From the IMG/VR virus record IMGVR_UViG_3300031994_000034: a stretch of 64,000 nt of DNA; one strand, 5' to 3'. Source of the DNA: a virus. Shown in pieces: positions 17,801 through 25,237 of this stretch. Position numbers and translations under genes: made by a program. The notes under the pieces were generated by a model, which did not search any database, was not told where the DNA came from, and worked only from the letters and a program-made list of their open reading frames with translations. Each line of letters begins with the position of its first letter. Position 1 is the stretch's first letter.

Positions 17801-17909
17801 CGCGAGTCCACGCGCAGGAAAAAATGAACTTTTTTTAACATCGTAGATGATTAAAAAAAGTCAATTTTGCGGACCGACCCCAAATTTGGAAAACCGATGT
17901 TCCGTGTCG

Positions 17910-17917
17910 TATATTTG
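17910..17917 (+). promoter_or_regulatory. -7 box TATATTTG
   Basis: Upstream of the ATG at 17976, preceded by the hairpin CTTTTTTTAA..TTAAAAAAAG. Confidence 0.4.
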
Positions 17918-17975
17918 CACTCGGTAACTCGCCACTGACGGCGAAGCCACAAACTCTCAAAATTCAAATCGCTTT

Positions 17976-18989
17976 ATGGCAACACGTAACGACAAGCGCA
18001 ATGGCGCAAACAACGCAACTCACGAGAACATGAACGCTGCAACGCAGCAAGTTGAGAACCGCAAGAACGGCAAGGCTCCTGCTGCCCCTACGCCCCAGGA
18101 TGGCACCCCCGTACCCGCAAAGCTCGAAGAGCTCGAAGCACGTCTGACCGAGAAGACCACCGCCCTTAACGAAGTTAAGAAGCAGTCGCAGAAGCTGTCC
18201 GAGAAACTCGCTAAAGCGAGAGAGGACGCTGACAACCAGCGTTACTGCGTAGCAGTAAGTCGTCAGAACTTGGGCACGGCTACGGAAGACGACCTCGCCA
18301 TCATCGCCAGCCGTAAGGCTGAGAACAACACGGCCGAGGGTTTGGCAAAGTTCTTTGCCAAGGAGTTCAAGGATAGCGACGAAGTCGCTAAGGCTCGTGA
18401 GGATGTCCGTGCCGAGGAGGGCTCTCTCGCTTCGGCTATAGCCGAAACCACTCGCCAGTGGAACAACGGCTACGCCGTTCTCTACGGCTCTATCGGCATG
18501 AACAAGCAGAGCTTGAAGTCCATCCCAACCCTGCTGAAATCGGCGGGTTTTAACCCCTTCCTCCAAGTTGCCACTGCCGACGGCCTAAAGGCCGCTACGG
18601 TCACTCGGACAGCCGTCCGCAAGAACGGCAAAGCCGTCAAGAAGGACGGCAAGAGGGTGTATAGATACACCCTCAGAGAGCGGACCAAGTGGTCGGCCTA
18701 TGGTCTCTTCGAGACTATAGAGCGCAACTTCCGGATGGCCGATGTGTACACCGAGGACGAACTGAAAGTTCGTATCGAACTCCTCAACACCCAAGTCAGT
18801 GCCCTAAAGGCACTGAAGAAGGCCAAGGAGGATGCCAAGTCGGACGTCCCCGAGGTAGCGGCTAAAGCCGCCGAGAGCGAGAAGGCTCTGGCCGATGCTG
18901 CTGAAGCAGCAGGTAAGGCCGTCAAGGAGAACACCAACGCCACCACCCAGCACACCACCAAAGGTGGTAAGGCCGAGAAGGTCGCTTAA
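17976..18989 (+). CDS. Lys/Ala/Glu-rich coiled-coil protein
   Basis: 337-aa ORF rich in K/A/E heptad-like runs. Same upstream and downstream layout as 16146..16847. Confidence 0.7.
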   Translation: MATRNDKRNGANNATHENMNAATQQVENRKNGKAPAAPTPQDGTPVPAKLEELEARLTEKTTALNEVKKQSQKLSEKLAKAREDADNQRYCVAVSRQNLGTATEDDLAIIASRKAENNTAEGLAKFFAKEFKDSDEVAKAREDVRAEEGSLASAIAETTRQWNNGYAVLYGSIGMNKQSLKSIPTLLKSAGFNPFLQVATADGLKAATVTRTAVRKNGKAVKKDGKRVYRYTLRERTKWSAYGLFETIERNFRMADVYTEDELKVRIELLNTQVSALKALKKAKEDAKSDVPEVAAKAAESEKALADAAEAAGKAVKENTNATTQHTTKGGKAEKVA

Positions 18990-20035
18990 CGGCCTATAGG
19001 CCGCAGGGCTTACCGCAGTCGGTGCGGCTAACCCCAAGGGGTTAGGGTCGGTCCGAATCCGACTTGCCCACAATCCTGCACCCATAACGAGGCGTCTGCC
19101 TCGTTCAGCAGGCCGACGAGTTCCATCGGTTTCCCTTCGGGAAAGAGTGAAACCGAGCCTCCTGCCCCTAAAGGGGAGCCTCTTTAAGAGGTCGAGCCAA
19201 GTGCCCAGGCTGCTCCGACCTAAGGTCGGGTGGTGGATGGCTAAGACCATTGAACCCTATCAGGGTTCACAGTAGCGAAGCTGCTGCCTTGCTCTTTGAA
19301 ATGTTGAACGGCTTGTATCCCTGCGTTCCTTATTGGGCGAGCTTTGTCTGGTAGGGAGTTCCGCCAAGAGTCTATCAAGGTTGGCGGTATTGGGTGAAGT
19401 GTAAACAGGACGATGTGTCTATACGGCACGATACGACGGACGGCCATGCGCGGTAGTGGTGGCATAGGACGAGCCAGTAATGGCTCGGAGTAAAGACCCT
19501 ATCGGCATAAAGCAGCCGGACTAAAATGAGCGTATTGTGGACTGGAGATGCTACTGGACTGCACTTGCGAACTGTCGCAGGGTGGGGTGTCATCGGGAAC
19601 GGTGGCATGAGCGCCATACAAGTACGGACGGTGGGAGAGACCACAGAGTGACTGAGACGCTATACGGCTGGGTAGCGGGTGAACACGAGAGCGGTATGGG
19701 CAGTAGGAGACCTCGGCTATAAGACAGCGGTATGCCAACCTATTGGCGGTAATGAGTAGGCGGCGGGCAGTATTGCAACCCCGCGCTATCAAGTAGGAGC
19801 AATCGGCAATTTTGGACGTTACCAAGAATTGACGGAGGAGGAGTGCGAAATGGCGGAAGTCCGCCTGTCTGCACATAGCCGCACAAGTCTGTGAGGCACG
19901 CGAATCTCAACGCTGGGCACGGGTGTCCGGCGCGACTTGGCTATTGGCAACAAGACAGCGGACGGAATGGGCTATTATGGGCGTGCTATGCATCTGCGTA
20001 GTTTCGCTTGGGGTTCGAGTCCCCACACCCCACAA
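18990..20035 (+). ncRNA. candidate large structured RNA (or highly structured 3' UTR) ending in a tRNA-like T-arm
   Basis: About 1 kb with no credible ORF. It holds a chain of short hairpins with tetraloop-like loops (TTTCCCttcgGGAAA, CCGACCtaaGGTCGG, AACCCCaaGGGGTT, CGAGCCagtaatGGCTCG). It ends with TGGGG-TTCGAGT-CCCCA then CACCCCA. Confidence 0.35.
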
Positions 20036-20137
20036 ACGGAATTTTGAGTCTGCTATGGGCGGTCGTCGTGACGACGTTTGGCTATCTGCACGCCCATATT
20101 GTGCGAACATTATTATCCACACTATAAAGTTAAAACG

Positions 20138-20335
20138 ATGGCAAGAGAAACCACTATCGGGAAAGTACACGAAGGAGACTTTGTGCGCTTTCGTGACACC
20201 GACACGGCTCCCGTGTGGGTGCGCCAACACTACGACCGCAGCAGCCGGACCTATTCGCTCTGCAAGTACGACGATGCTAACCACGAGCGTTTCTGCAAGG
20301 GGACGCAAAAATGTTACGTCGATTTCGACTTCTGA
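20138..20335 (+). CDS. hypothetical protein
   Basis: ATG at 20138 (MARETTIGKVHEG...) in ORF 20078..20335. Confidence 0.55.
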   Translation: MARETTIGKVHEGDFVRFRDTDTAPVWVRQHYDRSSRTYSLCKYDDANHERFCKGTQKCYVDFDF

Positions 20336-20338
20336 CCT

Positions 20339-20500
20339 ATGGCTATTGTACTTGAACTGCGCCCGAAGTATCAGGAACTGCGGGCGAAGGAAACCTACAC
20401 TCGCGAGGAAGTCTTGGACATCCTCTGCGAGTTTGCGAAATCTGTCTATCCCGACATCGCACCTGAACGCATTCGGGAAATCGTTATCAACAACTTCTAA
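20339..20500 (+). CDS. hypothetical small protein
   Basis: Hand-translated 53 aa: MAIVLELRPKYQELRAKETYTREEVLDILCEF... CTATGG start context, 3 nt after the upstream stop. Confidence 0.45.
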   Translation: MAIVLELRPKYQELRAKETYTREEVLDILCEFAKSVYPDIAPERIREIVINNF

Positions 20501-20514
20501 ATTTTAGAGAACCT

Positions 20515-20697
20515 ATGAAAAATTTAAAGCTTGCGGGCACTATCTGTGCCTGCATCGGGCTGGCACTATGTACCGGCTCGTCGATTATGAGCGGCATCCT
20601 TGCCGTCTCATTCCTCGGCGTGGCCGTCGTGTGCCTGAATGCAGGTGCACGTAGTGCACATGCCTCCGAACGCAACGCGCTGCAGCAGGCAGCGTAA
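20515..20697 (+). CDS. small membrane protein
   Basis: 60-aa ORF with two hydrophobic stretches. Confidence 0.5.
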   Translation: MKNLKLAGTICACIGLALCTGSSIMSGILAVSFLGVAVVCLNAGARSAHASERNALQQAA

Positions 20698-20708
20698 ACT
20701 CTATCATG

Positions 20709-20768
20709 TCACACAGATTACACAGATCACACGGATTTCTTTCTGTGTTATCTGTGCTATCTGTGTGA
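20709..20768 (+). repeat. hairpin built from 3x9-nt repeats (CACAGATnn arm / TCTGTGnTA arm)
   Basis: tcacacagattacacagatcacacgga-tttctt-tctgtgttatctgtgctatctgtgtga, starting 12 nt after a stop codon. Confidence 0.85.
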
Positions 20769-20806
20769 ACTTATCCCAAAAACTCAATCATTCAAAATTC
20801 AAAATT

Positions 20807-21007
20807 ATGGCAACCAAGAAAACTATGGCAAGCACCGCCAAGAAGCGTGCAACTATCATCGCTATGGCCGCTATCGCAGGGGCAAGTGTATCACAGACAA
20901 CTGCAGCCGCACGTCAGGCCCTGGCCGACATGCGCAATCAGGGTGACCTCGGGCACGTCTATTCCGTGCAATACACATGGGATCCCTTCGACGGGATGCT
21001 GGCGTAA
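20807..21007 (+). CDS. hypothetical protein
   Basis: ATG at 20807 (MATKKTMAST...) in ORF 20639..21007. Confidence 0.5.
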   Translation: MATKKTMASTAKKRATIIAMAAIAGASVSQTTAAARQALADMRNQGDLGHVYSVQYTWDPFDGMLA

Positions 21008-21011
21008 TTTA

Positions 21012-21073
21012 TCTCACACGGATTCCACGGATGACACGGATTTCTTTCTGTGCTATCTGTGTTATCTGTGTGA
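21012..21073 (+). repeat. 9-nt-repeat hairpin
   Basis: tctcacacggattccacggatgacacgga-tttcttt-ctgtgctatctgtgttatctgtgtga. CACGGA pairs with TCTGTG only through G-U on the + strand. Confidence 0.85.
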
Positions 21074-21093
21074 ACTAAAACTCAAAAAAAACT

Positions 21094-21279
21094 ATGGCAA
21101 AGAAACTATCATGGGACGAAGCACTGCAAAGGTTGCTTCGTGGCGAAAGTGTGAACGCCGCCCGCATCAGTGAGGGTGGCGTCTGCTATCTGCGCCACCA
21201 GGCATGGGCGCACGGCTATCGCCTGGAGGACAGTGGCATCTTTGAGTACAGAACCTATTCATTCACTAAAGCGGCATGA
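21094..21279 (+). CDS. hypothetical protein
   Basis: 61-aa ORF, CTATGG start context. Confidence 0.5.
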   Translation: MAKKLSWDEALQRLLRGESVNAARISEGGVCYLRHQAWAHGYRLEDSGIFEYRTYSFTKAA

Positions 21280-21282
21280 ACT

Positions 21283-21564
21283 ATGGCAACAATATCAAAG
21301 GAGCTGAAGGGCTATATCCAACGGGAAGTGGAAGCCCTGTGGCACGCTCGCTGCGACAGTGCAGCGGGCACGGGATGGGGACGCTCGTATGGCGTACCAC
21401 GCGAGAAATTCGCACTGCACAAGGCCGGCATCCGCGTCAAGGAAAACAGCGTGGAGCAGGACGGGCGGAAGTTGGCTATCATACACCGCCGCTATGCCCA
21501 GCGCAAAGTGAACCTATACTATCGTGAACTGAAACCTACTATCGAATGGCTGGAGGCCGCATAA
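21283..21564 (+). CDS. hypothetical protein
   Basis: 93-aa ORF, CTATGG start context, 3 nt after the upstream stop. Confidence 0.55.
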   Translation: MATISKELKGYIQREVEALWHARCDSAAGTGWGRSYGVPREKFALHKAGIRVKENSVEQDGRKLAIIHRRYAQRKVNLYYRELKPTIEWLEAA

Positions 21565-21568
21565 GACT

Positions 21569-22033
21569 ATGGCAAACAAGTTATCTTTCCGGCGGGGCGC
21601 GAAGGTGCGCTACGTCAAGACTCACTACGACTATTGGTGTAACCCTATTGGCACTACCGAAGAGGTCGTGACGATTGTGGATAGCCCGCGTGACCCCGAG
21701 ACGGGGCACTATTGCCGCCACTACGACTGGCACGCTTATGTGAAGGTGCGCAATGCGAAGGGCGAAGTGTATGAGGCAGGGTGCGACAATTTGGAAGTGT
21801 ACAACACTATCTGGGACCTGACGCACGATGAACTCATGCAGCTGCGTGGGCAGGTGGTGCTCGGCTCATGCTATCTGAGCGACTACAACAATAAATTTGG
21901 TATCGACCCCAACCAAGTCTATACCTTCTGCGAGGGTTACGGCGAGGAAATCGGCTGGGACGACGAACAGGACACGCCCGAAGCCTTTGCCGACTATTGC
22001 GAGGGTGTTGAGAAGTGGGAAGAAGCCGCATAA
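21569..22033 (+). CDS. hypothetical protein
   Basis: 154-aa ORF, CTATGG start context. Confidence 0.6.
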   Translation: MANKLSFRRGAKVRYVKTHYDYWCNPIGTTEEVVTIVDSPRDPETGHYCRHYDWHAYVKVRNAKGEVYEAGCDNLEVYNTIWDLTHDELMQLRGQVVLGSCYLSDYNNKFGIDPNQVYTFCEGYGEEIGWDDEQDTPEAFADYCEGVEKWEEAA

Positions 22034-22107
22034 CACACGGATTCTTTTTCTGTGCTATCTGTGCTATCTGTGCGACAAAAACATCAACCTATCAAAATTC
22101 AAAAGTT

Positions 22108-22485
22108 ATGAAGCAAGTACGAGTTAGCGTGTATCGTGCCGCTGATGGGCGCGACTGCACGAATGGTGGCGTGACATCGCGCCACGACGCTATGACCCTC
22201 TTCTATGACTGCCGGAGGGAGGCAGCATTGCAGTACTGTAAGTACAACGGCATCGACCCCGACGGGTGCCTGGTGCTTGTGAAGCGCACGCTGTGGGGCG
22301 AGCAGCACAACTATGCCGCCCCGCTGGTGCATCAGAGCGGCAAGTGCGGCCCTATGTTCGGAGGAAACTTTGTCTTTACCTCGGACAGCCGCATGGCCGA
22401 GGCGATGGGCACAACGTGCTCATGTCCGGTGGAGGTGCATGACCGCTACGAGACCACCGAGGAGTACGCCACATATAGCAACTGA
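22108..22485 (+). CDS. hypothetical protein
   Basis: ATG at 22108 (MKQVRVSVYRA...) in ORF 22015..22485. The upstream part of that ORF is repeat-hairpin sequence. Confidence 0.55.
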   Translation: MKQVRVSVYRAADGRDCTNGGVTSRHDAMTLFYDCRREAALQYCKYNGIDPDGCLVLVKRTLWGEQHNYAAPLVHQSGKCGPMFGGNFVFTSDSRMAEAMGTTCSCPVEVHDRYETTEEYATYSN

Positions 22486-22514
22486 CCACGATTTTATCAA
22501 AAACAGATACGACT

Positions 22515-22805
22515 ATGGAAACTATCATAAACAAGAAATGGAATCGCACCGACGTGTTCGAGCCAGTGACGGAGGTGCCTTTCGGCTATTTCGTCTGGAA
22601 TATAGGGCGGAAGAATTTCCCCTATGAGCGTTGCATACCGCTGGCAAAAGACGGACATAACGAATACGAGTGGCAGCGCAATATCGACCCGACCTCACTC
22701 AAGTATATTGAGGTGGCTACCGAGGAGCTGGCCCTGCGCATATTGAAAGAGGCGTCTATGCGAGGATGCGACCGAGAGAAGTTTTACAGAATGATTAACG
22801 CCTAA
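22515..22805 (+). CDS. hypothetical protein
   Basis: 96-aa ORF, CTATGG start context. Confidence 0.55.
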   Translation: METIINKKWNRTDVFEPVTEVPFGYFVWNIGRKNFPYERCIPLAKDGHNEYEWQRNIDPTSLKYIEVATEELALRILKEASMRGCDREKFYRMINA

Positions 22806-22819
22806 ACGACAATACGACT

Positions 22820-23770
22820 ATGGCAAACCCAAGAGTGTATGTTGGTACTTATGGCAAGTACAACCGTGGCTCGCTGGCCGGTGGTTGGCTGAGTCTGAAA
22901 GAATGCAAGGACTATCAGGACTTCCTGCGGAAATGTGGCAGACTGCATCGCGGGGAGCACGACCCTGAGTTTATGATACAGGACTGCGAGGACTTCCCAG
23001 ACGGGCTGAATTGCGGCGAGTGGCTATCGGAGCAGGATTTCAAGGATGTTATCGCCGCCTGCGAGGAGGAAGAGCGGCAGGAGTCTGTAGCCGACCGGTT
23101 GCGGGTCGCCCTGCGTGAACGTCTGAAGGCCGACGGCAAGGCTGTCCCTGCTGATGACGAGCAGACGCTGCTGGAGGAATACATGAAGGAGTACGAGAAG
23201 GTGTGGCCCGACGACAAGTCGATGCTGGACTATTGCCGCAAGGAGTTCTCGGGTGCCGTGCGCCTGCAGAACGGCGGCATCCTCTATTTCGAGAAGCCGA
23301 GCATCAAGACGGAGTTTTGCTTCGGCTATTCCACCTGCGGACAGGGCGCAGAGTATGACGAGGCGAACAATGCGGCGCGGTCGGCGAGGACGGAGGGCTA
23401 CTTCCTGCACGCCAACCTGGACGAGATGGACGAGCGCATCCGTGCGCTGGAACTGAACTGTTGCTATCCCGAAGGGGAGTGGAATGGCACCTACGACAAC
23501 CTAACGTGGTACATTCAGCGGAAGAGCTATTGCAGCCAAAAGGAGGAACTGAACTTGTTCGAGTTCCGCGCCTGGCGCGAATACGACGTGGAGAACGAGC
23601 CGTGGCGATACACGCCGGGCAGTTACGAGAAGATGTCGGACGCCGACCGCATGACTATCCTCGGCGGCATGAAGCGTGAGCGAGAGAAGTTCGAGAAGCG
23701 GCTGCGTGCCTATCTGAAACGCTACGGCACCACGAAGCTACGCACATGGACCTACTGGCTGGACGAATAG
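22820..23770 (+). CDS. ardA: protein with ArdA-like antirestriction N-terminal domain
   Basis: RVYVGTYGKYNRGSLAGGWLSL...EHDPEFMIQDCEDFP matches the ArdA N-domain pattern (xYVxxLxxYNxGxLxGxW ... E(E/D)xxIxDxExxP). Confidence 0.6.
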   Translation: MANPRVYVGTYGKYNRGSLAGGWLSLKECKDYQDFLRKCGRLHRGEHDPEFMIQDCEDFPDGLNCGEWLSEQDFKDVIAACEEEERQESVADRLRVALRERLKADGKAVPADDEQTLLEEYMKEYEKVWPDDKSMLDYCRKEFSGAVRLQNGGILYFEKPSIKTEFCFGYSTCGQGAEYDEANNAARSARTEGYFLHANLDEMDERIRALELNCCYPEGEWNGTYDNLTWYIQRKSYCSQKEELNLFEFRAWREYDVENEPWRYTPGSYEKMSDADRMTILGGMKREREKFEKRLRAYLKRYGTTKLRTWTYWLDE

Positions 23771-23809
23771 GGTAGTGGATGCTGTGCTATCGGCATGACG
23801 GGCTTTTTC

Positions 23810-23870
23810 AATTCACAATTCATAATTCACAATTCATAATACACAATTCATAATTCATAATTCATAATTA
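23810..23870 (+). repeat. heptamer array (AATTCAC/AATTCAT)n
   Basis: caattcacaattcataattcacaattcataatacacaattcataattcataattcataatt, between two + genes. Confidence 0.9.
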
Positions 23871-23883
23871 AAACTCAATCACT

Positions 23884-24933
23884 ATGGCAAGAACAACCGA
23901 TTATCTCACCTTCATGGTGGATGTGACCCCATACGAGCATGAGGGGAACAACTATAATGCACTGAACATCATCGTGGCCTATCGCAAGGGGCAGGGTTTC
24001 GTTATCTGCTGGCAACCCGTGCGGAAGACGGACATGGGTTATATCACTGGTCCTATGCCGAGCCGCGACCCACTCGTGGGCGGCAAGGGATTCGTGGCAA
24101 AGGAGGCATCGCGCAACAACGCGAAGATACTGGAGATGATGAAGGCGGCCCTATTGCTTGGAGCTGAGGGCATCAAGTTCTTCTTCGACCAGCGCAACTA
24201 CGACCGCCTGAAGGAGTTTATGTGCGACGTATGCAACTACGGCTATACGGCTGACGTCGAGAAGCAACTGCAAGAGACTATCAACAACAACTCAACCGAT
24301 AACAACTCAAAATCATCTACAACTATGGCAAAGAAGAACATGGCCCAGAATGAGAGTGCTAACGTGCAGAACGCACAAGTGAACAACCAGGCAGACGAGC
24401 AGCCCAAACAGGTGACGCAGAAGAAGAAAGCTATTGCCGAGCAGCAGCCTGCCAAATTCTCTGTTGTCCCCTATACCAACAAGCAGGGCGAGACGGGTTA
24501 CTTTCTCTTCGGCTTTGCCTCACAGGAGGAAGCAAAGGGCCTGGCCGACCGCATGGCCAAGAGCGTCCGCGAAGGCTTCCGCTATGAGGACCATACCCGC
24601 TATGACGTGGTAGGCTTCCCGCCCCGCTATGCTCAGATGGCACAGCAGATGTGCGATGCACTGAATGCTGGCGATGCAGCTGCCGTGGCGAAGATTGCAG
24701 CCAGCACCTTCGATGTCTATGCCGCTGCCGTGGCCGACGGCAAGGCTGAGAGCGACCGCAAGCGTGCCGAGCGCAAGGAGGCCGAGGCAAAGGCAAAGGC
24801 TAAGGAGGTAGCCAAGGTGAAGAAGTCCGCAGGTCTCTATTCCAAGGAGGACGTAGCCGCTATGATGCAGACACTATTGAATGGTGGCGACGTTCCGGAG
24901 GACATCAAGGCGTTGCTGGCCAAGGTGGCGTGA
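23884..24933 (+). CDS. hypothetical protein with Lys/Ala/Glu-rich C-terminal part
   Basis: 349-aa ORF, CTATGG start context. No family recognised. Confidence 0.6.
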   Translation: MARTTDYLTFMVDVTPYEHEGNNYNALNIIVAYRKGQGFVICWQPVRKTDMGYITGPMPSRDPLVGGKGFVAKEASRNNAKILEMMKAALLLGAEGIKFFFDQRNYDRLKEFMCDVCNYGYTADVEKQLQETINNNSTDNNSKSSTTMAKKNMAQNESANVQNAQVNNQADEQPKQVTQKKKAIAEQQPAKFSVVPYTNKQGETGYFLFGFASQEEAKGLADRMAKSVREGFRYEDHTRYDVVGFPPRYAQMAQQMCDALNAGDAAAVAKIAASTFDVYAAAVADGKAESDRKRAERKEAEAKAKAKEVAKVKKSAGLYSKEDVAAMMQTLLNGGDVPEDIKALLAKVA

Positions 24934-24983
24934 GTGACTTTTTCAATGCACAGTTCATAATGCATAATTCATAATTAAATCAG

Positions 24984-25044
24984 TCTCGCAGAAATCGCGG
25001 ATATACGCAGAAACATTTCCTCTATTTCCGCTATTTCTGCGGGA
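24984..25044 (+). repeat. 9-nt-repeat hairpin, CGCAGAAAn variant
   Basis: tctcgcagaaatcgcggatatacgcagaaa-ca-tttcctctatttccgctatttctgcggga. The same 9-mer recurs in frame inside the RT gene at about 26520-26550. Confidence 0.8.
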
Positions 25045-25061
25045 CATAAACGAAACGAACT

Positions 25062-25226
25062 ATGGCAAGCATGTATGTGACTATACGCATCGACTATGAT
25101 GCACCCATCGAGACGGACATGGAGACTATCGCAGGGATGGTGTGCGAACGGGCTAACGCTCACAATCACACCATCGAGGATGGCGTGACGATCGAGAATG
25201 TGGAACTATGTGGGATTAACGAATAA
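25062..25226 (+). CDS. hypothetical small acidic protein
   Basis: Hand-translated 54 aa: MASMYVTIRIDYDAPIETDMETIAGMVCERANAHNHTIEDG... CTATGG start context, 11 nt upstream of the RT start. Confidence 0.45.
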   Translation: MASMYVTIRIDYDAPIETDMETIAGMVCERANAHNHTIEDGVTIENVELCGINE

Positions 25227-25237
25227 AGCAAGAAACT

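Noticed and set aside
19583-20033. tmRNA
   Set aside because: The size and the tRNA-like closure are compatible with tmRNA. However, I found no resume codon or tag frame ending in ALAA-stop, and no typical 5' GGGG(C/G)UGA start.
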